Shown here: in pieces, positions 48,362 to 61,632 of the stretch | How positions within the stretch are numbered: position 1 is the first letter of the stretch | Layout of the letters: each line of letters begins with the position of its first letter | Origin: Anthoceros angustus | Lineage: Eukaryota > Plantae > Anthocerotophyta | Direction of reading: 5' to 3' | Length of the DNA: 64,000 nucleotides | Assembly (NCBI GenBank): GCA_010909165.1 | Contig: MU008151.1 | Location: 682,001 to 746,000, forward strand | Position numbers and translations under genes: made by a program | The notes under the pieces: generated by a model | The model's input: only the letters and a program-made list of their open reading frames with translations | The model's database searches: none | Told to the model about the DNA's origin: nothing

Positions 48362-51300
48362 CCCTTGTCCACAAGCTCCCAAAGCTGATCCCCACATGGA
48401 CAACTGCCATCAATTGTGTAGCCTAAATATTTCTTGTCGGTTCATGAATTTTCGTTACAGCCGAGGGGAGATTGAGCATCCACTCACTCTGAAGTGAGGT
48501 GGAGAACTTGTCAATGAAGGTAGTAAAGTGACAAACCTGCAAAACCTCGCAGTCCAATCAACCTTCCAGCGCTTGGCAGGAAGTACAGTGCAGTCCTTTG
48601 CAGTTATTCAATTCGCATTCAAACATCCTGCAACATTGCAACACCGACAATGTTGCAGCAACGAGAATCCACTCATGAGAAAGAATTGCAGTTATGCCCT
48701 TACCTTGCAACCACCAGCATGCGTGCAAGCCTGCTATACTTCAGTCACGAATTCTTGCCAAACGTCTCATATCCAGGCAAGAATAGTCCCATGTGCTAGA
48801 AATCCTGAAAAAGAACGGTAGTAGAATGTCGGTTGATGGATCAGCAACGTCCCAAATTTGCTGGATTATGCAACCCGTCGGAGAGATTGGCCATGGACAT
48901 GGCTAGAGTCATCAAGTCAAGTGTTCTACCGCTCAACTACAGTCCTCAACCTGGTCTCAGCTTCGAGCTTTGTAGGATGCCGCACTTAGCACAATGGATG
49001 TAAAGCTTCGAGAGTCTGAGTTAGGGACCCCAGGAGCAAGCACCACTTTCGGATTTTGACTTGCCTGACAAGCAGAGTGAAGTTGGGTGTGAGGCGGCAG
49101 ACTCAGATGACACCGAGCCTTCGTTGCACAAAATCTCTGCACCCGAAGGGCGTGTGAACTCCGAGACTCTGCACTCACAGCTCACAAGTCACTGAATGAC
49201 GAAGAGGTATGATTCCCAGCTAGGGCAGAGCTGGGAGGGATCTTCCAGTCTCATCAGCATGCATGAACGGCCAGTAACGACATCGTGCCCTGCTCCCTGC
49301 ATTGTTACCAAGCTGCAGGGAATGGTGCATTCTGCATGAGATGGTGAGGCATATGCCAGTGTGGATTAGGGTGTTGCAGGTGGTTGCAGCCAGGTTGTCA
49401 AGGTTCCAATTCGGATTAGCATATGCTACCTTGGTGTGCACGTCTTGTGAGCAACTGCACCGCATCGGCTTGCTCCTCATCTGACTGCAACAGGCGGGTT
49501 GAGGATGATGACGTCTACCACTGCGTAGATGCGAAGCGAACGATGATCCTTAAGTCCGCAGCTTCTCCGAAGTGGAAACCAAGCCGTCTTAGGGTAAAGT
49601 ATGTACTTCATTAGGTTGAGGACACGGCATCACCTAGCACCTGATTTGCTGCCTTGAGTCGAGGTGACGACTGTCGTTTTCCTCACTTGGTCCGTCCCTT
49701 TGCCTGCAGGGACTCCAGGAGCTGAACAGAGACTGGATGGAGGAAGTCCGGTGCGAAGCCAGTCTTTTCCCGTTCTGGGCGCGGACATTTTCCACGCGTT
49801 CGCCAAAGAGACCACAGTGTAGCAGACGAGGCGAAGGACTGGCGCGCGCTGCCGGCTCGGCGGCGGCGGCGGCTGCTGGACTGCCTGGCCCGGAATGATT
49901 TGGCCAGTCTACCCCGTCTTGAAGACGATGAACGGTTTTGCGCGTGTTGCTGTCTTCCTACACACAAGGCTGCCACAATTTCACATGCCTGCAAGAGGCA
50001 CACAAATGTCACGGAATTGGGTACAACCATGCCTTCCTGACATCCTTCTGTTCGAGAACCTCGAGACAAGAACCTCGAGACAATCACTGACAGAACGCAG
50101 GGGTCGAACCTCCCCCGCCCTCTTGCTGACGACTTGGCCTCCCTCAACGTCTGAGCCATTGGCTTCCCACTTGTGACAAGGTCACCTCGACAAGCATTAA
50201 TGATAAACCACCTTTGGCTTGTTTGCAGATTACTGTGTTCAGTGATGCCTCCGTCAGTGAATGCAGTTACGTATCTGCGAACAAGCCAAAGGTGTTTGTC
50301 AGTAATGTTTTCGGATCACTTTCTTCGTACAGTACCGTGCAGCAGCTCGAACCCTGCCATCTCATGACACGTACAGCTGCTGATCCTAATTCTGCAGTCC
50401 AGAGGAAGCTCACGACATCACTAGAACATTCACAAACCAAAAATCTATCCTACCCAGCCAGAAGTGGATACATCAGGGATCAGTTTCAGGGGCTGGACCC
50501 TGTAAACTGGAGTAGACAGGGTCCCGCCAGGTCACGACAGTTTCCCTGGGGCACCCGCAGGACTCCTGAAGGAAACAGACTTAGGCAGAGAAATCGTCCT
50601 TCCTTGAACACAAATCCGGCCGTGCACCTGCCACCATCCTAGCATCCGCCTCAGTCAGTACACTAAGAATGCGATACCGTCTGGTTGCAAGCCATCCTGT
50701 TTCATTCTCTGGACCAACTCAAAGTCCACTTTACTGTCTCCTTCATGGCGGGTGTAGCCTGCAATCAGTGCATCCAGATGACGGATGTCTCTTCAGGCAA
50801 TGTCTCTTGCTAGCCGAGTGAGCCAGTGGACATTGAAGAGGTGATTTGCAATCGGTTTCTCACCTTGGACGCACTGCTTTCACAAGTCCGTGCCTCCATG
50901 TGTATTGGTTACCCTTTGGACATGTCCAAAGCAAACTTGAGTGAACTGCCAGAGATTGTGGAGAACCATGATCTCTCCTGACAGCAGGATTTTCTAAAGC
51001 CTGGGAAAGAAGGCCTCCAGAGTCCAGCTGCAAAATCCCAATTGCAGGAGCAGGAGGTCCACCATGAGTATAACCTCCAGCTTGCTAGCACCCCAATTTC
51101 AAAACCTGTGAACTTGCAGTATGTCGTTTCTCTGCACATTTGACAATTATCAATTCAAACGATCTACGAGGCCTGAAGCACGAAACATGTCACCGGTACC
51201 GGAACTATCTATAACTGCAATAGCTCCATATCCCACAACTGGCTGAGAAACGCAATCGAGAACACGCCGTGTGACGAGCTCATAGGTTTGCTGCAAACAG

Positions 51301-54300
51301 TGCTACATAATATGTCTCTAGCATACCATCTCCTTTACCAGTGCTGGCCACAAACACGTTGCTTGCTCTCTAGTCTGCACATGAAGTTGCATCCCTTCTC
51401 CAGATTTATGGTGTCCTCCTTTGCAGGAGGCGCGAACATCCATGCCTAACCTTTATCGCACCATAGAGACAAAGGGTTCGTGAGCCCATGCCCCTGCTGG
51501 GCATATCCTGCTATCCTGGCAGTACATGTGACACCTGTATTTTCACCAAGTGCGTTCCGGACACACGATGGCATCAGTAACTTGCAAACCTTGGCAAGGC
51601 AAGTCTTACCATGAGTAGTGAACAATTGCTGCCTGTAAGACCGACTACCTGAAGGAGTAAGGACCTGCACCAGAAAGTTTCGCCATTTCCAAGTCTTGGC
51701 AGCTTGTCCCAGCTCGGTTGGCTGTTCTTCCCAAGACGTTGGTACCCTAAAATCTACAGATGCACAGATCAAATTTGTGTTAGTCATTACTCCAAGGTGC
51801 AGGGCACGATGTCATTCCTGGCCACTGATGCATGCTCACTCTGGAGGATCCCTCCTTCACCAACCAGGGGCCCTCCACAGTTCTGGAAGAGTCAGAGGCT
51901 TGAACAACCAAAAGGGACGAATTCGACAAAGGTGGGATTTCGCAAAGAGTGATGTAAGATACAGCAGGATTAGGCTCTACAGTCTAATGCCTGTCTACCT
52001 ACCATTATCCAATCACATGATGCAGATGGCTCCTAGAGTCATCCTGCAAATGCCAAAGTTAGGCTGCAACACACGACGTTCTAGTTGCTCCCGTCAGAGC
52101 GGCTGATAGACTTGTCTGTAATTCCCTCCGCATACACCGTTCGCAAACCCATGCCACTCCTCGTCCTCCATCCTGCCGTTTCCGATATTGCACCTTGTGC
52201 AGTTGGAATTTGTCAGCCATTTGATCCCTCAGCAACGGTTGCAACAGATTCTTCAGAGCAATCCATGCCTCTTGCACGGAGTGTTCTGGCTCGCAGCTGG
52301 TCCTGTCAGGTCCAGATTTAAATGGGACAGGGCTGATTCCCCAAGGCCGCAGCCACAGAAACCGCTCCATCCAAGCTGGTAGCAGGGTCGGGAACCGCAC
52401 CCCAATGCCGGCAGCCACGTGTAGGCCAGCCTTGGCCAGGAAGAGCAAAAGCTTTGCACCGTTGATTGCTAAGGGCCTGATCCACCTCCACTTCGCATCC
52501 TCCAATGTCAAGTCAAATCCAGTTTGGCCCTCACGATGTGATTCCCAAAGATGTTTTCGCACATGAAGTGCAGCTTAGCCGCTTTGCCCACACGCACCCC
52601 TGCAATCAATCTCTGTGCCAGACCCACGTCTGCAGTGGTGAAGTAGGGACGTCTGGGTATCTGACTGCTTTCTAATTCTGCAGAGAAATTCATAATCTCA
52701 TCCATCTTCGAAAGCAAGAGTTGAAGAGTATCTCCCTGCCAGGCCTTCATATCGCTTATCTCGCGTTGCAAAGTCTCGCCAACTCTATCCACTTTGACTC
52801 CCACTGCTTTCACCTCTGTCTCCACCATTTTCAACCGTGTATCCACCATTTTCACGTCGTGCTTCAAATCTCTCATCCCATGATTGAAGGTTTGCAACAG
52901 TTGCTCCCCCATCTCCGAGTGACTAGTTCCAGGGACGGATATAGTGCGTCGGAGGTAGGCAAACCGAGACGTTTGAAGTGGTGCGTCTTGTTGTGCGAGC
53001 ACCCCTTCCTCTGTAGGCAGGACTTCCTCTACAGCTGCATCTATGCTGGATATGGTTTGACGGAGGCCTGTTCGTCGCCTTTGCAAGACATCCAAGACTT
53101 CACCAGTACTTAAGAGCTCATCAGCTCCCTCAAAGGCACTCTCAAAGAGGCTTCAGGACATTCTGGCCACCACCATTTGAAGTCGGCCAGATCCATTGAG
53201 GAGAAAATCTCCCTGTACAGTCTTGTTGGTCTGCAAAACACGCTTGAGCAAATCCTGCGTTAGCACTGACTGATTATGCCGGTAGATACAGAGTGTGAGG
53301 TTTTCGACACACTCGGTCCTGATAATTCCTTCCACAAGCTCGACTCCCGGACTGCCTTCAGGGAAGCACAAAAGATTTCAACTTTGCAATCACATGTTCC
53401 TTGAGAAACTCGATAGTTTCATCTTTGCTCTTGGATGACCTCACCAGAATATCGATATGGTCACCGATGTCTCCGGTGTCCTCTCCGATATCCCCACTGC
53501 TTTCCAAAAAAACATCCATACCATCACACCAAAACTTGATGAGGTTGCGTTCAATACAATATTGCTCAGGTTGCAAGCCATGGAATCCCGTAAACAAATC
53601 CTTCCGAAGGCAGACCTGCAATACGCAAACCTCCACAATGTCAGTGGACAGGTTGAAGACACACACCATCAAACCAAAGACATGTTGGTAGTTATCGTAC
53701 TTGGAATCTAGGAAAAAAGCCTGGACCAAGAAACGTCTTCGTCTTGTCAAGGCACTGTAACCTCCTTCCGAGGTAGATGTAATTGCTTGCTGTATCAGCA
53801 GTTTCCCAGTTCAACTTTCGTCTCCCAGGAAGAGCGTCACCATTACCGGCGGCCATGGTGAAGGGAACAAAGAATCCGACACGTCGAGTCCCATCCTCTT
53901 CATAGCATAAGTTGAGAGTGGTCATCAACGATACCAGATGTTGCCTTTCAATCCCCTCCGTTTGTGTGCCTCTGAGAATCTCATCCAAGGTGGAATGAAG
54001 CAGACTTTGAGCAACAAATCCATCTGAGGAATGCGACAAACCTCTAGCTCTGGTTAGAAGGTGAATGAGTCGCCCTAAAAATTGTGACTCATCCAGTGTG
54101 GATTTATCACCACAACATCTGTATCTTGAAAACAGATGATACTACCCACATCATGCAAATAGGCAAGAATGGCTCCCAATCGTTCCCCCTCATCTTGAAC
54201 CCCACCTTCGTGGAGACTCTGTAGCTCCTTTCGGAACAAAGTTTGAAGTTGCTGTTTCCTCACAATCGGTTGAGCTGGATGTTGGGCTACCCAGGCAGTC

Positions 54301-56804
54301 AAATCAGCACTCAATCGGTTGCATACCTCGGTACCCAAAACAGTTTAATTGCAAATAGAGCTCGAAACGATTCCATGAGTGCGTCCAGCAAGGGCTTCAC
54401 ACTCTTGGCAGATCGAGCGTCCATGGAGAAGAGTGTTTTGTTTCCACGTGAACAACCTGTTCAAACTCGGTGGCCAACTCTGTCAGAACGGGTTGAAGGA
54501 GATTCGGTAATGCTTCAGCATCAGAACGCTTCATCTTATCCACATGAGTTGCCACCACAAATATTTGAGGCAAAGTAGAGCCCACGTTGCGACAATTGGA
54601 GTTGATGAACCTAAGCCAGTACGCCAAGCTCCTTCTGAACCTGTCCTGCAGGACATTAGACGATGCAGTTGGGGAGGTTTGATCCAGTTGGGGAGGTTTC
54701 CGATCATCAAATGGGCTGAACGCAAACAGGAAGATACATGCTTGGTTGAAGGTCGGAAAAGGTAGTCTTGCAGAGCTCGGTAGTGAGCTTGTCCAGCCAG
54801 ATCCCACATGGTAACTTGCATATCATGGTCGTTGCGCAACACCTCGATTTCTATGCCTTCCGTTCTGGTACCGGTGACGGAAGCCATCCGTCGCCAAGCA
54901 CGAAATATTTTTCCCTTCAGTCGAGCTAGAACTTGGCTGAGCTGGAACTCGGTGATGCGGCTATCTGTCGTCTCCATGCGCGAATCATGGTGGTGCGGAG
55001 AGTGGTCTTCCTGCCAAAGGGCACCGCACAGGAAGAGGCGCCCAGCCTTGGGCATCACAGGCCCTTGCCTGCCCACGAGCAAAGGCCAGTAAGCCTCTTG
55101 AGTGGCATTGCCTGCCAAGGCTGCATTGATGATTGCGTCCTTTCCTTCCGCTTCCCATGTTGTCCTGTGGATGTTGATCTCCGTAACGTCTTGTTGACTT
55201 GAATACAGTTCATCAAGTCTCTAAACATGTCATGATCCAGGGCGTCCCAGAAAGAAATGTCGAGCTTTTCAGAGATGCGTTGCCCTCAAGGATCTCAGCA
55301 ACTCTTTCTTGAACGAGGCGTGGCCCTGAGCAATGCCAAGTCCAGGACACGCAGTGCTTTGCATTCCGGGAGCAACTGGACAAGGCGCATCCACACATCC
55401 GTCGCAGCTGATGGCGTACTGGAGTCCCGGAGACGAAGTTCAGATATGGTGGAGTTGTGGCGTAACCCGTCCAGGCCGTGGATGAGAGCATATGGAGTGG
55501 TGACAAGCATCTCGATACGATCGTTGGTGCGCAGCATTCCGGCCAGGGCGTCTGCCAGGCCTGCCTCCCCATCCTTCGAGATATCCAAATAAAGCTTGTG
55601 ACGCCAGAGATGGAGGCATTCTCATCCTCATCCGCGCGGGTGAAAGCAAGTTTGAGCACAGTGCCCATGGGCCTGAGGCCGCCGGGAATGGGACCCGCAA
55701 TGCAACGCCATCATCCAACGCCAGATACCGGAGCGTGGCACAGAGCGGAAGAGCATTTGCAATACACTGGGCTCCCGCCACATCCATGCCGATGTCTTCA
55801 GTGACAGTTCCTTGAGACGGGGAGCCGTGGCCAGAATGCGGGCCAGGTGCTGTGCCCTTCAGCACCTCCCACCTCGTTCCCTGTAAGTCAACTCCTCCAG
55901 GACAGAATCCTTGTTGAAGCCTTTGGCCAGGGCACCCAGTCCGGCGGCATCAAGCCCAACAAACGGTGCTGAAAGTGTTCGTAAGCTGCGACTGGATGCA
56001 ACAAGCTGGCCCAGAGCCTCGCAAGCCGCCTGCCTTCCAAAACCTTCACAGCAAACAGTTGCAGATATTCCAGGGAAGGGTTGGACGCCAGGCCCCCAAC
56101 AGAACCGACACTTCATCCTCCGATCCAAGCCGATGGCCCACCTGGTAAACCCAGATTCTCGAGAGACTGCGGCAGTTGGCAATGGCTGTCAACACCGCTT
56201 GCGCACTCGCCAGTGCCTTCCCTCATCACCACGGAGTGCCTCAGTGAAGTAGCCGCCATACTCTTCATCATTATGCAGATCGGGTAGTTCGGACACGGCA
56301 TTCCGGCCCAGATCTAGCAGCAGCTGCTGCAGCTTAACCGGCAGCGCGCGCCAATCCTCCGCCTCATGCTCTTCCGCCATGCTCTGCTCTGCTTTGCGAA
56401 GTGCTAGAATGGAATGGGTGCTGTGCTCCTCCAGGCCACACCACATCCCGCGGCCTTCAGCCCTGGCAGCCAGGCCCCACGCAGCGAAACTTCTCACATG
56501 GACGGCGAAACAGGCCAAACTTAAACATGCTAAAATAAGTAAATGGAATGGAATTTGTCCGGGTCAGTCGAGATCAGGACACCGGAACGGAACGGAAACG
56601 GCTCCCGTGCCCGGTCCCTGTGATGAATGATGGGCTGGGTTGGGTGTCCACGGAAACTGGATCCAGCCTAGAAACCCTTTACTTGTAATTTTCGATAACA
56701 TGATCTTTCATGACGCTAAGCTCATCAGGGTCTGCCAGCCTGTGAAAGGGAACAACACGCTCACCAAAGTCAGCGTATGGGGAAGGAAGTGCAATGATAT
56801 TGCG
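48362..56804. repeat. Segmental duplication, copy 2
   Basis: Colinear with 18335-26643. Confidence 0.95.
52094..56380 (-). CDS. TORNADO1-like LRR-Roc-COR (ROCO) protein, copy 2 (frameshifted in this assembly)
   Basis: Same motifs and intron as copy 1; ATG (MAEEHEAEDW) at 56378-56380; TGA at 52094-52096. Confidence 0.85.
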
Positions 56805-57004
56805 TACTGTTTTCTCTCGAAATAGCTTCAGGATCCTTTCCGTGGATTTCCAGTGGTCATGCATAGGGTTGGTTATGATACTACTGGTTATGGCCGTCAT
56901 CTGGAGAGAGCATACGGACGTCCTTGCCATCATTGGGTCATAGCTGTACCCGAGAGTGTGTATGAGTTTATTGGCTCCTGTCTGATGGCCATAAGTCGGA
57001 AGTG

Positions 57005-57330
57005 TGACAGTCTGAACGATGCTCGGTATTTAACAGGCAGACTGCCTGCAACCAGCTGGAGCAGCGCAGCGGGTGGCGCGTGCGGGTGGTGACGACAACC
57101 GAGCCTACCCCAGCCACGTCGGGGCAGACGCTGCGGAGCCTGTGGAGTCCAGACGAGCGCACCATCGTGGTGATCCAGGACTTAACGCCGCCGAACATCC
57201 TCAACTGCAACGTGGGACCTGCTGTGAACTCCCTGCTGCCTCGCCAGTTCTTCGTGGAGCTGCAATCCCACTACGGCAACCAGTTCTTCGTGGCGCAGGA
57301 AGGCGAGTCCGCGGCTCTGCTCTGTCCGGT
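57005..57330 (+). pseudogene. TPM-domain (thylakoid lumenal 15 kDa protein 2-like) exon or fragment
   Basis: GWRVRVVT...LWSPDERTIVVIQDLTPPNILNCNVGPAVNSLLPRQFFVELQSHYGNQFFVAQEGESAALL. Confidence 0.65.
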
Positions 57331-59239
57331 GAGCAAGAGAACCCACAAGAAGCCGTGATCGCATTATTAAGGCATCAAGGATCGGGAAGGTACCTTCTCC
57401 ACGTATGACCGAACCATATTGCTGTCAGGCTGTCCCTCTGCAGGTGACACAGAAAAAGTAATTAGCTCCAATTTAGCCCTGGCTCATCCGAAATTAGCCT
57501 CTACAGGCACGGTCATAGGCATAAGGAGCACTTACCAACAACAACTTTTGAAGATCAATGAGAGTCAAGTTCAGCACTGCATCACATCATAGAGTAGCAA
57601 CCTGTTATGCCTCATCCTGACAAACTTCAAACCTTGCATAGAGATCGTCTTCACTACTAGCACGTGCATATGATCATAAGGGTGAAAGATACTGTCGACT
57701 TGTTTCACAATTTGATTTCATCGTTCATTTGACCGTAGGGCCACAAGTAAATCCTTCAAATTTGAGATGTAAATCTTCTGGGTAGACATACCATGAGGAG
57801 AATATATGCTCAGTTGACACGGAACGGAGAGATCTGCTTGCTGCGCCTAGTGACTCTGTCGGTCTCATCAGATATCTCTTTCCTAAAAGCAGCTGCAACC
57901 ACATACTCACTCGTCAGCTCGAAACTTGCAAAAGTTGTCTATAATCATGGAAAGACCTAAACAGAATATGCAAGTTTCTCGATATTCACCGTCCACACTT
58001 GCAAAAAGAGTGAAAGAACCCTAAACCTAAGAAGAAAGACTGAAACATGCGTCCCCTCACAAAGCACAACAAGCAAGATCCTGAGGACCTCCACATCAAA
58101 AGCAAGTACACAACATTACCATAATCCGTAAACCTTCTCTTCGGCGCCATGGACAAATTCGCCATGTTCGGAACCATCGTCCATCTTGTGCAGCTGTAAA
58201 ACTAGGGACGCCTCGTTACAATCCCTACAAATCACCGTCGCACTGATCATGTTGGAAGCCATTTGCAATACATCCGCTTTACCCGGCCCACTTCTTGCCG
58301 TAATCCTAAACCGAGGTGAATTGAAGATCTATCACCATCCTAATGCTGAATCCAGCTGGGGCTTCGAGAAAACGACAGCATGAAAAGATGCATTTTAGAT
58401 CCAATCTGCATCTAATTCGATCTGTCCACGTCCGTGATCCAGTGTAAGAGAAGATGCACACCTGAGCCTCAAGGCGAGAAATCCTTCCACGATGCTCTCC
58501 AGCACAGACGACTTTCTAGAACTCTGTTGCGAGATTAAACAGTCAGAGGAACCAGAATTCTAGACGCGCACCAGCTGGAAAGAGCTCCTCCCGGAGACCC
58601 ACTGGGATGGAAAGCGTTGCCTACTTCCAGAATTGCAACTAAGTAGTAGAGGAAAGCCAGTCCGGTCGTCCAACTTGTGGTAAAATAAACCAAAATTTGT
58701 GACTGGCGTCCGCTAAGGGCTCCCAGTGGAAAGGGTCCTGCTCTGGATAAGATCTCTTCCTCCGCACGTTCGGCTTGTCGAAGACGGATTGCCTACTGGA
58801 CACGGTAGGACGCCTTAGGAATTCCTCTTGTATCTTTTCATTTCCACATGATGCCATTGCATAGCTCCGGTCATGGACTCAAGTTACAATGGACTTGGAG
58901 TTCCAATGAACCCATGTCTGGCTGTAACTCCTTCGAGGACTTGCCAACTCCCACGCTCACTGCTCACTACACAAACCAAAACAGACAGCAAGTCTATTTC
59001 CAACCCAGTCTGACCGTGATCTGGTGTCACCGTAATCTGGTGTCTTAAGAGCCCTGAAACTGAGCCCCATGTATCCTCCCTGACGTATACTCTTCTGCCT
59101 GGACAGGATAGATTTGTGGTTGGTGAAAGTTATCAGCCGTACTTGTCAAGAGATGCAGGGTTCGAGCTGCCGCACCGGTATTGGATGGAGATAGCGATCT
59201 CGAAAGCAATAATGACTAACACCTTTGGCTTGTTTGCCA

Positions 59240-59330
59240 GAGATGTAACTTGATAGTAGATCCAGCAAGCTCATCCAGGTCTTGCCACTCATCCTGTGTC
59301 ATATCTGGTTTGACGCCAACAGCTTTATGG
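59240..59330 (-). mobile_element. Short copia gag N-terminal fragment
   Basis: 'VGVKPDMTQDEWQDLDELAGSTIKL', homologous to ~3340-3420. Confidence 0.55.
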
Positions 59331-59914
59331 TTAATGCTTGTCGAGGCACCGACAACCGTCGTCGAAGAGAAGCCATTTGTGACATGAAGGCAGGAGCTGC
59401 AGATGCGATTTGAGTGAAGGACATCCTGTCCCAGCTTTGCCTGGTCGGGAAGATGAAAATACATCCTGGCGGTCTACAAAGGATGTAAAATCAGTGAACC
59501 AGAAGACCGCCAATCTGGACTTGCTTCTTGAAACCAACCGCTGCAGCTGTACAAACACGCACGTTCTGCCCTCCTACCCATAGCCTTTATGAGCCATCAT
59601 CTGTTCATCCAAACAAGGACGCTATGAGACGTCTCTCTTGCCAAACAGGAATGCGTAGAAAAGGAGAAGTGAGAAGACCCTATCATAAGCAGTTTGATGC
59701 ACCAACAGTGTGTCGCTGAAGACGATATCTGACACTTGATTGAAGGCATTACAGGTTGGTTAATTATGGTAGACCCTGGCCGCACCCTACTTACGCTGGC
59801 CAGGCATGTGAGGAGCATGGAATGGTTAAGACCAGTGTAGCATTCTAGTTAGTGTGCTGCGCAACTCGGGACACAGGAATTTCTTCTCGTATCCTGCTCC
59901 GGTTTTGTGCACGA

Positions 59915-60250
59915 CCTCCATGTCCGTGATCTTGCCAATCACGCTTGCTAGAATGCTCAGCACATCTTCCGTTTGAGAGCCCTCAATGATGGCTTCCATC
60001 AAGGCTATGATAAAGTTTGTGCCTTTCTCGACATCCCTGAAAGATTCGTCTCCACAACTGCTTCTGCTGTGAGATCCTTAGGATCGTTCACCACAACATC
60101 AGTTTTAAACTTTGAAGGTCTGGAGAAGAGCTTCACGTCGCCCTCTACCGCTCCTCCAGGTCTGTCTTCTTCCATGCTTACAGTCATTGCGCAACCGCTC
60201 CGATTGCCTGCTTCCACGCTTTCGTTACCATATAGTAGCTTCTGCACTGA
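59915..60250 (-). repeat. Unidentified coding fragment, also present at ~46780-47045 and ~48010-48355
   Basis: 'EGDVKLFSRPSKF.TDVVVNDPKDLTAE..VVETNLSGMSRKAQTLS' in three copies. Confidence 0.75.
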
Positions 60251-60419
60251 GGCGATTGCTGCGAGTAACGTTTTCTTCCAATAAAGGGTCACTTGTTACA
60301 CGGAGGGATAGACGTGTCCGCCACTCTTGCAAAACATCCTGAAGAGGTCCCTGGCTTCCTCAAAGGCACTGGGTAGATGGGCTTCAGGCCTCGCTGGCCA
60401 GAACCATTGATAATCGGGA

Positions 60420-61632
60420 ACATCCAAGCCGGAGGAAATCTGCCCTGGAAAGCTTTTCTGATTTTCAAGAAGGCACTTCATCAAACTGTTAGAACTGATT
60501 GATACTGGGTGTGAGGTTCTCTACACACTCAATCCTGATGATCCCTTCCATAAGTTCAACTCCAAGTCCTGCCTACAGAGAAAGGGTGCTCGCACAACAA
60601 GACGCACCAGTTCAAACGTCTCGGTTTGTCAGCATCCGACGTACTATATCCCTCCCTGGAACAACTACTCGGAGATGGGGAGCAACTGTTGCAAACCATC
60701 AATCAAGGGATAAAATTTTTGAAGCAAGAGGTGAAAGCAGTGGAGTCAAAGTGGATAGAATTGGCGAGACTTTGCAACTTATCCAACGAGAGATTAGCGC
60801 TATCAAGGCTGGGCAGGAAGCTACTCAACAATTCTTGCTTTCTAAGATGGATGAGATTATGTATTTCTCTGCAGAATTAGAAAGCAGTGAGATACCCAGA
60901 CGTCCCTACATCACCACTGCAGACGTGGATCTAGCACAGAGGTTGATTGCAGGGGTGCGTGAGGCAAAGCGGCTAAGCTCCATTTCATGTGCGAAAACAT
61001 CTTTGGGAATCCCATCGTGCAGGGCCAAACTGGATTCGACTTGACATTGGAAGATGCGAAGTGGAAGTGGATCAGGCCCATAGCAATCATAGGTATCAAG
61101 GTTTTGGTTTTCCTAGTGAAAGCTGGCCTACATGTGGCTGCCGGCATTGGGAATGCGGTTCCTGACCCTTCCACCAGCTTGGATGGACCGGTTTCTGTGG
61201 CTGCGGCCTTTGGGAATCAGCCCTGTCCCATTAAATCTGGACCTGACAGGACCAGCTGCGAGCCAGAACACTCCCGTGCAAGAGGCATGGATTGCTCTGA
61301 AGAATCTTTTGCAGCCGTTGCTGAGGGATCAAATGGCCGACAGATTCCAACTGCATAAGGTGCAATTTCTGACGGAGCAACTAAAACGTCGTGTGTTGCA
61401 GCCTAACTTCGGCATTTGCAGGATTTGGAGAGGACACAGGGGACGTCGATGATCGTGTTGATGTTTTGATGAGGTCTGGTATGGGTAATCGAGTAAGACC
61501 AAACAATCGATTTTCTCCTGAGAGCGTTGCAGAACTGAGAGCGTTTTGTGCTTCTCCTGACGGTGGTGCGACTGCCGTCAGGGAAGCACAAAAGATTTCA
61601 ACTTTGCAATCACATGTTCCTTGAGAAACTCC
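60420..61632. pseudogene. Rearranged ROCO C-terminal fragments in both orientations
   Basis: 60420-60562 (-) COR fragment; 60563-61420 (+) coiled coil and C-terminus ('MCENIFGNPIVQGQTG'); 61430-61563 (+) COR fragment; 61575-61632 (-) matches 53358-53411. Confidence 0.85.

Noticed and set aside
57400-59900. Short ORFs in this interval
   Set aside because: No recognisable domains apart from the small gag fragment; probably more decayed fragments.
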